A model generated the notes under the pieces. The model did no database searches and was not told where the DNA came from. It saw only the letters and a list, made by a program, of their open reading frames with translations. The position numbers were made by a program, and so were the translations under genes. Below are positions 13,217-24,584 of a stretch of DNA of 64,000 nt, one piece after another (within the stretch, counting starts at the first letter, position 1; each line of letters begins with the position of its first letter). The stretch comes from Utricularia gibba (taxonomy: Eukaryota; Plantae; Magnoliophyta), in contig NEEC01000018.1 of the NCBI GenBank assembly GCA_002189035.1, positions 2,294,001-2,358,000 on the forward strand, written 5' to 3'.

Positions 13217-13344
13217 TGTTATGGAGGAATGGGCCGAATAGATTGAGCCTGGGAGTAGTCCCAGGTCGACGAGCCCAATCATTATCTTGTAAGTAGCCGT
13301 TAGAAACAATAATTGAGAGAGAGAGAGGGGTTTTGAAAGTAACA
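13217..13344. mobile_element. Possible tiny solo-LTR/TRIM-like remnant
   Basis: Begins TGTTA and ends TAACA (inverted termini), with internal GGGCC/GCCCAA and (GA)n. No target-site duplication (CGGCC versus GATAC). Confidence 0.2.
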
Positions 13345-15554
13345 GATACGTGGCTTAAGAGATTAGTTAACTGTATAAACTGCTACACCGCTTCCCAAGT
13401 AGGACCACAATATTAATCATTTTTTTGTTTTAATTCTAATATGTCCAAAACCATACTCCAAAAATCATAATCAAACGTAGCCAGTGATTAAAAAAATCAT
13501 AATAATACTTGGATTAAATTCGAAAAAATCATAATTAAATCGTGAATCGTTCAAATAAACAAGCAGTTCGTGGTTTTTTTAATTATTTGTAACTATCTAA
13601 TCCATGGAGTCCGTGCAATTATTTTGATAAAAAAGAAAACAATTCTAAAGCCGCTGGTTCTTGATGTGTGTAATAATAGGAAACAGTGTTGGGGAAAACG
13701 ACTCTTTCGTTTCTTGTGTTGATCCCCCCAACTACCGGCCAGGATACAGTAATGGAATTGAGGCATCTAAAGCTCAACTGATAACCAACATTCCACTCTC
13801 CGGTCAGCGTTAAGGGTTGCGAGCTCCTCTCCTCATCTGGGGATATGGAATCAGTGCCCTTGCCCCCATCTTCCCCTAAGGGGAATGGGAAGGGAAGAGG
13901 GAATGTGTTTGCTGCATTGGTTGGCCTGGCCTGGCCTCCATGACGAAAGAGTTGGGGGCCATGGATCCACATGCTGCTTGCACTTATCTGAAGATGGAGA
14001 GGGCAGTGGGCTTAAAGCGGCTGGATGGGATGGGATATGTGGATTGTGGATCACCTGAAACCTAGGGATCCACTTGTCCCTATGTCTTCTTGTTGTATGT
14101 ATTATTTGCAGAAATAAATTATCAAGTTGGTTTGAGCGAGCATCAGCAACCCCCTCCCCTCCCCCTCTTGAATGATCTTCAACTACCTCCCCTTTCTACT
14201 CCCCCCACATGTCTCCCTGCGTCTTGTGTTGTCCCGATGAATGGACTTGTCACTGTTCCCTTTTCAGAACAGAAATGGGATTTCATCCTTTTTTTCGACA
14301 ATTCCCTTCATAAAGGATCATGGATGGGTGTCTTTTGAACCAAGTCCAGGTCCTTGGAGGAAGGAGTTGTTTCACAGATCGCGTTTCAATCACACACACA
14401 CCAAATTCACTTCACCCCTTCACCCAATCATAGCAGACAGAGCTTCATCCAAACCTCGCCACCGGAACAGCACTCCAAGCTCGCGCCGGATACCAGCCGC
14501 GAGGACCACAACCACCAGCATGGCTTGGCTGAGATCAGATCAGAGGAGTCCGAGGCTTGCGAATTCCGACATTAATTACCGCGCCTTCGGCTGCCGAAGT
14601 TGCTGATGCAGCAGCAACCACCAATGATTAAAAAACAAAGGATGAAGAAGACGTGTTTGACGATGGAAGAGAGAAACAAACATGTCGGGTTAGCCATTTT
14701 CGAATTTCTTTTATTTATAAATTCATTAACTTATGATTAAAATTAATACGAAACATTTTATTATCATGTTGTCATTTTTATTATTAAAAATTACATTAAG
14801 AAATACTCGAAAGCAGCCTTGTCCACAATCCGGCCGACGGGGGTTAACCACTACAATTAATTAATTAATTGTAATTAATGCATGTAGGCTATTCGAAAAA
14901 ACAATACCACCATAGTAAATTAAAGTGAAATGATAACAAATTACAAATCAACAATAATTAATTTCTAATTTTTTTTTCGTATAATCTATGTTTCTTATAT
15001 AATTTAATTGTATCGAATAATTAATTTCAATAGAGTTAGTATGAGTAGCATTCGCCACTTCTTTTTTTTTTTCTAAATTTAAATCATTATTATTATCGCT
15101 AATTTCCTGAGCTTGTGTCCATACTGAGCCAATCGCTTTCAAGACATGTAACAGAGTCGTTTGTCGTTTAGCCGATTCAGCCAAAAAAGGAAGATAATAA
15201 CCCAATTAAATAATTAAATAATCCAACGTGGCATATGAATTGTGGTTCTGTAGCCCTAATTCATGATTGAAAGAATTTTTATAACAAAAAAAAAAAGAAT
15301 TGTGGGTCTGTTGCTCATTTTATTTTAATTCTCGGGTAAATCAAAATAATTGGCGATGGTTTAGATTTAAAAAAAATATTTAGTTGAAAATCAAATAATA
15401 CAAAATGAATGGACCAATGAAAAAGCAGGGTTGGTAATAATTATGTCTTTTATTTATTTATTTTTGTCCTTGTCTGGCTCCTTGTATATGTGGCTTGCCT
15501 CCTTATATAAGCCTCTAAATCCTCTTGAATGTTTTGCACCAAGCTGCTCCTGTA

Positions 15555-16831
15555 ATGGCAACATCTTCATCATTCCAGTCCCATTCCTCCACTCGCCACT
15601 TTGACTCGCAAGCTCCCCAGCGAAGTAGCCCTTCATCCATTCTCACGGGCTCCACTCTCAGGATGAAGAAGAGGAGGAAGGCTCCCATGGTTCTAAATCT
15701 TTACTATCAGAACTGATTTTGAAAACCGGAGCCTGCTCCCGAATTCAAACTCATAAGGTTATGTTTGTGGTTTGAAGGAATCGAAGGGGAAGGATGCCAA
15801 GAAAGTGAAAGAAGAGAAAGAACCTGGGCAGGAACCTCCGACAGGTTACATTCATGTGAGGGCCAGGAGGGGTCAGGCTACAGACAGCCACAGCCTTGCT
15901 GAAAGAGTATGTCTTCTTGTTGCATATTAACTCCCGAAATAAAATTTTGCTATTATTCTCATTTTCTGATCCAAAATGCATGCTTGTGATAATCTGTAAT
16001 CGTCAGGTGAGACGGGAGAAGATCAGTGAAAGGATGAAGCTCCTTCAGTCCCTTGTTCCTGGATGCCACAAGGTCTCACTCTCGTTTTTTTTCTCACCTT
16101 CTTTATGTAAGCAAGTTGTTTTTGTTTAACTGAAAAGGTATCACTTGATACAGGTCACCGGGAAAGCCTCAATGCTGGATGAAATCATAAACTATGTCCA
16201 ATCCCTGCAAAATCAAGTGGAGGTGATTATTTTGCTTTTTTTGTTCCTGTTAGTAAAGCTTTTCTAAGTATACGTACTTTTTTGTGGGGGTTTACACAGG
16301 TGTTGTCGATGAAGCTGGCTTCTATGAACCCCATGGTTTATGATTTTGGAACGGAGATAGAGTCGTTCATGGTGCGCCCTGATCAGGTGAATGACACACA
16401 GACCTCTTGCTTCTGTCATTTTTCTCAAGCCAGCTCCTTCTTCCACGTCTTCTTCACACAGAATTGCTTACAGGATTTGAACAGTTTCCCCAGCCTGGAG
16501 CAATGCTTCCCCCCATGGAAAATGACTTCACCGCTTTTGCTCCGCTTCACCAAACCTTGGCCACTCAAAGCTTCCATCACCAGGTGCACCCACAGTAAAA
16601 ATACTACTTTTTAACCCATTCTGTCAGGAGTCATTTTTAACCCTACGGTACTCCACTCTAAGAAGGGATAACTGAGAAGCCTTGTTGGGTTTTAATATCG
16701 TGTTAATTCTCGCTTTTTCTTTTGAACCTGGTGGCTTTCAGGGAAGCAAGCAGGGCATGTGGGAGGACGTGGAGGAGCAAAGACACAGGATGGCGATGAG
16801 CAACACAGGAGGCGATTGCATTTTCTTCTGA
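15555..16831 (+). CDS. bHLH transcription factor, subfamily XII (BEE/CIB/bHLH137-like); apparent 1-nt deletion in exon 6
   Basis: Exons 15555-15689, 15778-15906 ([22 protein letters not shown]), 16007-16072 ([22 protein letters not shown]), 16154-16222, 16300-16386, 16474-16583 and 16742-16831. TATA-like TATATAA at 15504-15510. Exon 6 is 110 nt, one short of phase 0. Confidence 0.9.
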
Positions 16832-18359
16832 GAGCACCCGCAGCAGACAGCAAGCAGTTGTGGTATTGTGTTGGAGGGAGATAGAGCGGTGGTTATTAAG
16901 TTTTTACCCACTTTGAAAACTATGATGTACGTAGCAATTTTAACCGCGGGTCCGGGTGTGACCTGCCCTTGTACTTAGTATCGAAATAGTGCTCCACCCA
17001 TGAGGCCAATGGACCATGCACTATACATACACTGAAAATCTGCCTGAGATTCCAAACTCGCCATCCGCCAAAGATTCGGGTTATCTTGTTTCTTTTCTTT
17101 CACTGTCAAAAAATTTATTACCACAGCCACAGGAAATAGACTTGCCCGTGTAACCCCACCAGAAAATCCAACAGTTGTTTCTGTTCATAGCCACCGGGTA
17201 GAGGTAAAAGAATAATGACAAAGAAGCACAAAATGCATGGTGAATTCCGAAAGTGCTAACCAACGTGGTTTGCCTCGGCATGGGAGGGCGGTGCCCTCAT
17301 TCGATGCATTTAGATTTTAGGGCATGACTTGTCCTAACTAACGTGGGATTGTGTCTCTGTGTTCCCATTCATCCCCCTTATTACAACATTAGCAGTAGCA
17401 GCATCACTAAATCAATAGAGAGATGAGGAAAAGGGGGAGAGGAGAAAGTGGGGCAGTGAGATGGATGAGCATCTTTTTGAAAAAAAGCACCACAAACGTG
17501 GGTAAGTCGGAATGCCAAAGGCAAGAAGACAACAGCAATAAATTCAACAAGTGGCATCATAAATAAGAGAGAAGCCATGAGACAAGAGGAGGTGAAGAAC
17601 AAACCGTGAATCAATGTTTTTCTTTTGTCTGAAAAAAGTAAATTAATGTTTCTTACCGATTCTGTCCAACCGTCTCACTCTTTCTTCCCGACACTGAATT
17701 CGACCTTTTACACCCAGAATAAACATCCCTTCAAAATGTAAAATTCAGTCTTCAGCTGCACCTGCACGTAAGACATGGATGAGCTTGTGTGTGTTCAGTG
17801 TGTTTTATCCAAATTTCATTTGTTAATTTTATTAGAAGCTGAGAAGAGATATGGACACCTGATCAGGTTTTTTATGTCTGAATCGAGTCTGCGTGTTGGG
17901 AGTTGGGACTGGTATTTGGACAAGCTAACTCAGGGTAAGAAGCCTATGGGTGTAGCATCCATTCCACAGCAGTCAGCAGCAGCAGAAGATAAGGTCATCC
18001 CAAGACAACACATGTTGAACAGTGTTCGAGGAGCTCCTGGTGTGTAATGAAATACGTTGATGGGCTGGTTCACTTTCAGTTGTCTCAGACAGAATTTCTT
18101 CTTATCCGGACACCTCCAATACTCAATGGTTATTCGGAATCGACACCATATAATGGTCTTTTTCTTTTCATGTAATAAAACATTTCTTTTTCGTAGGTTT
18201 TTCTTTCCGAGACATGGATCATGGAGAGATTATTCGCCGCGTTGGTCGATCAGACTTGTTCAATCATTTGATGAGGTAGAATTAAATCATGATTAGACCC
18301 GGAGGTCGCCAAAAACGGCAAACGTCACAAGTTCTCAACTGAAAATCTTTAGGAAGTTC

Positions 18360-18380
18360 TTTTTTTTTTTTTTTTTTTTT
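18360..18380. repeat. T21 homopolymer
   Basis: Read directly. Confidence 0.9.
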
Positions 18381-19879
18381 ACGAGGAGGAGCAATTACGG
18401 TGGTGAAAAACGGAGCACAAAGGGGGAACTGACAAAATGCACGAACTCACTCGCATCGGAAAAGACGACGTCAGCAGGTGTCAGATGGTGGGTAAAATTT
18501 GTTTTTACCAGAGCATTATGCCGCGATACGGGCGCGGCGCATTGGGGGCCGTGACCCATGCCAACCTTGGTCGGGACCGGCCCATTCTAACCGCCGCCGT
18601 TTTCGTCGCCGGTTTCGACTCTCTACCGCCCTGTCGTGCGGTGTCTGTCCAATGAACATGTACTCTACCTACCGGCGGTGATTAAACAATTATCCATAGA
18701 AATGGCCCATTTATGTCGATGAGCAGGCCAGTACTCTGGGCCTGGTCTAGACCTTTAAAAAATACCATGTCTGCTGCTCCTTGCAACCGCCAAGAAACGA
18801 AATTTCTGGAGTTCTTTCATTTATACTGTATAGCCTTGTCTCTTGCGCATTGATCTTGAGGATTTTGCTCAGGTGCGACCTGGTAGTGCATTCTGACAAG
18901 GTAGTTCACTGATATGCTTCCAAATGGATGGGAAAACCAGGCCCCTGGGGGAGGAGAATCAACAAAGGCGCTTTGCTGTCATCCTTTTACTTACTGCTCA
19001 AATAATGCCTGTAACAGCTGGTTGGATGGGCTCCATGACTCTGTATGCATTAGCAGTACTACTGTACAATTCAACCACCATGATCCAATGGGACGAGCAT
19101 TCTTCCAGAAATCCTGCCATCCAGTTCGATACTATTCACTGATGTAGTTCATTGCCCAACTCAGAAAACCTTCTATTCGTATGGCTGGTGATCTTTTGCA
19201 CAGTGGGGAGCGAGGAATGCGGTCCCGTACGCTGTAAAAATTCAGTCCTGGGCTGGGAAGGATGAGTGTTGATGGTGAAACAACATTGAATTTCAATAGC
19301 AACGGCTATGGAGTTGGACCTAACAAATTCATTTAATTAGAGTTGGACCCCAAAACTTCTTTTTTATTGCATCGGGAATGTTGATTGGATTGGGGCTGCC
19401 CTCTTCCTTCGCTATCGCTTCCATTATTCAACCAATCCACGCCCCGTGCGCCATTGAGTGACATTGGACCCAGTGATGACGGCGGAACTTAGGGACGGTA
19501 AGGAAGAAGCCCCCATCGACCCCAATAGTGCACAGCCAAGCCCAAGGTAAGAATGATGTGGAAAATGGTGAAATGGATTTTACTGGGTTGGTTGATCATC
19601 GTGTATTATGAGTTTATGACTTCGCAGCAGTAGTACCAAGCAAGAGTGATTAGGCTTAGGCGACAATTATGGCCGAAGGGTGGCGCTGCGCTGTGCTGTG
19701 CTGGTTGGGAAATGGAAAGTTGGGTTACTCTGGTGTTTATATGGCTGTGTGCTGTGCTTATAACATCAGAAAGGTGCTTTTCTTGGCAAGTCCACGCGTC
19801 TCAGTGGCGCGTTTTTATTTCCCGGTGGAAGTTTAGGATACCAGCTTCTGCCGCGTAGATCCGGCTACTAACCGGCGCT

Positions 19880-21574
19880 ATGATAGATGGTGGGACAACC
19901 GAGAAGGAGGCGTTTGTTGCACAGCACGCGGAGGTGCTTCAGCAGCTACAGTCTTTTTCCGAATCGGCTTCGCAAGTGCAAATCTTGAAGGGGAAATGGT
20001 TGCAAATAACCGACAAAATCACCACTCTGCAGACGCATCTCTCGGACCTCTCTGCTTCCGAAATGGAGCTCAACCAACTTTCATGCGACCTCATGGGGTC
20101 GATTTCCCGCACTTGCTCCGTCGCCGCCTCCCTCGTCGTCGACTGTCGTTCGCTTGCTCCGCCGGGTGGGAAGTTGAAGACCCAGAATGACGTCGATTCT
20201 TTATCTGCTGAACTCGATGCTCAAATCAACGATCTGGGCGTGCTTGTGAAAACCGGAGTTACATCTGAAAACGTGTCTGTCTCCACGGCGGCTGTATCAG
20301 TCGGTAAAGGGGATTCCGTTCGGGCCGAGACACGGAATTTGATGACCCGGCTGCAGATTGGATCAACTGAATCTAGAAGCTCTGCGCTTGATTCACTTCT
20401 GGGTCTGCTTCAAGAAGATGATAAGAACGTGCTGATTGCGGTAGCGCAAGGGATTGTTCCCGTTTTAGTGCATCTATTGGATTCCAGTCTTTCCCATGAG
20501 ATCAAGGAGAAGACAGTCACTGCGATTGCAAAAATCTCGTCTTTGGATTCAATTAAGCATGTTCTGTTGGGCGAAGGTTTAATTTTATTGAATAATTTGA
20601 TGAGGGTGCTTGAATCTGGAAGCATTTTCGCAAAGGAGAAATCTTGTATCGCTCTGAGAGTTTTGAGCACATCAAAGGAGAACGCAAGGACGATTGGTTC
20701 CAGAGGTGGGATTTCTTCTTTGCTTGAGATATGTCAAGAAGGTACACCAAATTCTCAAGCTTCAGCAGCTGGTGTTCTTAGAAACTTAGCCGTTTTCGAA
20801 GAAGTAAAAGAGAATTTCCTCGAGGAAGATGCTGTGTCCATCTTGTTAGGCCTGTGCAACTCAGGGACTACGTTAGCGCAGGAAAACTCAGTTGCTTGTT
20901 TAACCAATTTGATTTCTAAGGACGATGACCTGAAACTCTTTGTTGCCAAAGAAGGTGGAATTGAGAGCTTGCAGCATTTCTGGGATTCCAGCGCAAATGC
21001 GCAGAACCTAGAAGTTGCTGTTCAAATGGTTGCCACAATGGCTACCTCCCCCAAAGTTGCAGAGCTTCTCGTCGCAGATGGCTTTCTCAGCCGTTTAGTC
21101 AGTCTCTTGAACTCACGTTTTCTCGGTGTTAGAATCGCATCTGCAAAAGGGCTCTGTGATCTGGCTCACGACAGTAAAACAGTTAAAGAACTAGGTGAAA
21201 TCGGCTCCATTCCTCTCCTTGTTGCCATGCTTGACAACAAAGCCATCGAGGAAAAGAAATCTGCGGCCAAGTTGCTATCAATTCTGATGAGTTCCTCTGG
21301 AAACAGAAAGATTTACCGCAAGCAGGAAAGTAACATTTTCACGACAGTGAAAGTCCTGGATTCCTCACTGGAGATTGTGGACAAAAAGTACTTGATCAGC
21401 ATACTCGCATCAGTGGCGCATCATAGCAAGTGCAGGAGGCAAATGGTCTCCGCCGGTGCTTGTGTTTATTTACAGAGGCTCCTCGACTCCGATGTCGAAG
21501 GTGCGAAGAAGCTCCTCGACGGTCTCCGTACCGGCAAGCCATGGCGAGTCTTCTCTAAGGCTTCTTCTTCTTAA
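19880..21574 (+). CDS. ARM-repeat protein without U-box (vacuolar protein 8-like / At5g50900-like), single exon, 564 aa
   Basis: Uninterrupted ORF with GKLKTQNDVDS, RLQIGSTESRSSALDSL, and multiple ARM repeats (GGISSLLEICQEGTP, AQENSVACL). Confidence 0.93.
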   Translation: MIDGGTTEKEAFVAQHAEVLQQLQSFSESASQVQILKGKWLQITDKITTLQTHLSDLSASEMELNQLSCDLMGSISRTCSVAASLVVDCRSLAPPGGKLKTQNDVDSLSAELDAQINDLGVLVKTGVTSENVSVSTAAVSVGKGDSVRAETRNLMTRLQIGSTESRSSALDSLLGLLQEDDKNVLIAVAQGIVPVLVHLLDSSLSHEIKEKTVTAIAKISSLDSIKHVLLGEGLILLNNLMRVLESGSIFAKEKSCIALRVLSTSKENARTIGSRGGISSLLEICQEGTPNSQASAAGVLRNLAVFEEVKENFLEEDAVSILLGLCNSGTTLAQENSVACLTNLISKDDDLKLFVAKEGGIESLQHFWDSSANAQNLEVAVQMVATMATSPKVAELLVADGFLSRLVSLLNSRFLGVRIASAKGLCDLAHDSKTVKELGEIGSIPLLVAMLDNKAIEEKKSAAKLLSILMSSSGNRKIYRKQESNIFTTVKVLDSSLEIVDKKYLISILASVAHHSKCRRQMVSAGACVYLQRLLDSDVEGAKKLLDGLRTGKPWRVFSKASSS

Positions 21575-22074
21575 CCAGATACACCTCCATGAACTCTCAT
21601 GTACCCAATGTGTATGTATGTACGTGTCGTCTCTGTTGTTAGACGAGTCTGCCGTGTCCGACTCGTTGCTTGTGCTTAGCCTAACCAGGAAAGTAGTGGA
21701 GTTGTGTACAATGAGTATTTGTTTACAGCAAGTTGGAGTGATGCCTTCGGATTTAAAATTGTTATTCTTACAACAAAGTTGGATTCCTTTTTCTTCCGTG
21801 TCAGAATTTTTATTTAATTCTTTTCACTATAACTCTTTTTTTAATGAATAAATTTGTATTTTTATTATTTGATATAAAACGTATTCGTTAATTGTCAGAC
21901 ATAAAAAGAATAAAAAGATAGATATTGCGAAATGAATAGTTTGAATTTTATTCTGTTTGATTACATTAATTGAATGTGGATTTCGTGTTATTTTTTATAT
22001 TATTTAAATGAAAATAAAAGATTTTAATCAAATAAAACATAGTTAGAAGCAGTGGAATTATTTACAGTAAGGAA

Positions 22075-23023
22075 CTAGCACGTAACGGCGGCGACGTCAA
22101 GATTGTAACGGAAGGTGTTTGCGTACCGAAAGGACAGCGCCATCCCGTTAAGTAACGGCTTGCCGTCGTTAACGAGGCAGTCGTTGAAACGGAGGCGTTT
22201 GAAGAGGCGAGGACTGATGAGCAGGGCGGAGCTGAACCATCCACACCTCAAATGAATCCCGCCGACGTCGCACCCTGCCGCGCACACGTTCATAATCTCC
22301 ACCGTGTACGTCGGAATCCCGTTCGGAAGCGGCGCACTCGAACCTTGACTGATCACAATATCCGATTTCGAACATTTCTCGCTCCATATCCTGTTGGGTT
22401 CCACCTCCTCGTCTGTCAAAACCGGTGCGTAACAGATAGACAAATAGCGGATCTCAGAGATTGCCGAGGAACATGGAGGAATCAAGGCATTATGGTGGAG
22501 TGAGAGTCGGACAGCAGGAAGAAGAAGAAAGCAAGGGTAAAACGAAAAGCCAAGTAGCAGAAGAGTGTGTGCAATTAGTCCACGTCTGGCCGTTCATTGT
22601 TCAGGTTTGTGTTTCTGTACCTTGAGTCATCAGCTTCCTGTGCGCAGGCCAGATTCTTCCGCCGGGTTTACTGTCTGAGGTCGTGCTTTCAGTCGAAACT
22701 GGGAAATACGCCATCGCTGCACAGAATGTGGTATGAAATCAAGTAATTATTACGAATAATTGAAGATCAGATCAGAGGACAATGAACTAGAAGAGAATTA
22801 TTGAGAGTAGGACTTAATCGCTTGTCGCTGTAAAAGAAGGCAATAATCAGAGGAGAATTGCATTATTCTACCAACTGATCTTTATACATAGAAACCCATA
22901 ATACGCACTCAATTGGCTCTGCTTTTTTGTTGTACCTGTGAATACTCCGAGAGTAACCAGTAAGGACGCCGCAGCGGATATGACTCCTCGCCGCCGTGAG
23001 CAAAACTTCCGGGCGCCGCCCAT
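22075..23023 (-). CDS. TPD1: TAPETUM DETERMINANT 1-like secreted cysteine-rich protein
   Basis: Exons 23023-22936 (hydrophobic N-terminus), 22716-22621 (HRKLM motif) and 22412-22075 (CSKSDIVISQG...GIPTYTVEIMNVC...IHLRCGWFSSA...DCLVNDGKPL...FRYANTF). Both introns are phase 1 with GT-AG ends. Confidence 0.92.
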
Positions 23024-24400
23024 GGTTTTACTCAGTGAAAAAACGGATGAACGGTACTGAAACTAAACCCAGCTAGCACATCGCCACCATAAATGGAACT
23101 GTAAGGATGGGGAAGCGGAATTTAGGCTTTACCCCGAAGATACGATTTGCCATTGACTAAACCTTTTCACAAGGCAGATATGAAGAAGCAAAAACAAAAA
23201 CCCGAGTTTTACAAACAAAAAGCAATTGACGGAGGACTGATCAGCACGAGTAAGGAATAGCTCCCCGACATAGCTTTTAACACAACACAGAAAAGAGCCC
23301 AGGGCCGAAATTTCTGCGCATTAATGGAGAGGATAACCCCGAAAACAGGAAAAAAAATCTTGTAGAGTAGAAATGCCAAAAGCACCTAGTTCCATGAATG
23401 AATACAAAAAGCAGAGGGTAACACTGCACAGCATTGAAAAATGAATGAAGGGGTGAAAGCCCAGAGAATTAAACAAAGCAGAGAGACAAAAGAAAAAGAT
23501 ACGCCGCGCCGCAGAAGCAATTTAACATGTACACATGCAACGCAACAAGTAGCTACAAACCATCTGTGAATCGGAACATGATATCCCCTTAAACTTTGTT
23601 TCTCCAAGTTCCTACAAAATGGACTGATCATGGCTTGGCTCCATACACAAAAATAGAGAAAAGGCGACAAGAAAAGAGTTTTGGCTCCAAAAACGACAAC
23701 AGAGTCCTTTTGGAAATGGGTGAACGAGGAAGACGAGTGCCGTGGGAAGAGAGAGAATAAAGGCAGCGATAACCGAACTGCACGTGGCGGCGACGGCGAC
23801 CAATTAGAACGCGTGTCGATTCTTCTTGACTGCGTAATCCGTACAATATTCTTAATCTTGTCTCCGGGGTAACACCGCAATTTACGTAATTCTACATGTC
23901 TACGCAGACGAGTGGACATGATTCAAGATTCAAGGAATATTCTTGGAACCTAAAAATTGTAATTTTCGAAACTTCAGGGACCCATCTGCAATTTATCCTT
24001 TTTTAATTATGTATTATCAAATTATTCGTCTATCATTTGACACTTCATACCATCTCCCGCCTTGGTATTTAGTGCCCCCAGGCCAGAAATTATTGTGGAT
24101 GGACATACGCAGAGTCCAAGTCCGTTACGGCAGTTGGGAAACGTGCCGATATCGCTCAAATTATTTTATAATCGAATTCGTTTTTATATTTTATTTTTAA
24201 TTTTTTTATAAAAATTATTTAATTCAACTCAAAAAAATCATAAATTTAAATCTGATCCAATTTCAGATTTTAAAACACTTGCATAACTTCATCAAGTAAG
24301 AAATTGAAAAATTACACTTGTAACGAAGACGCAATCACGTTACAAATATATACACTTTTCTAGTTTTGGAAAGTAAATTAAATCGATGAACAAGAAAAAT

Positions 24401-24440
24401 AAAATATCAAATTAAAAAATAAAATATCAAATTAAAAAAT
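24401..24440. repeat. Exact 20-bp AT-rich tandem duplication (AAAATATCAAATTAAAAAAT x2)
   Basis: Read directly at 24401-24420 and 24421-24440. Confidence 0.9.
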
Positions 24441-24584
24441 AAATATTTCTAATAAATAATTGACATGTGTCCGTTGAATTATGATGAGTAAAAAAAATAG
24501 TCATACTATATCTATTTTTTTATATAAGTGTGTGAAGTAAAATATGAGAGTGTTCACTTTTTTTTTAATGATCTATTTAATTCA

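Noticed and set aside
13619-14054. CEP-like (FKPT...GH) and PSK-like (YYYTHQ) words on the minus strand
   Set aside because: Spacing and flanking residues do not fit the CEP or PSK consensus, and the words are in different frames.
23386-23919. 177-aa minus-strand ORF
   Set aside because: Phe/Leu/Ser-rich composition typical of a CT-rich 5' UTR and intron; most likely the leader of the TPD1-like gene.
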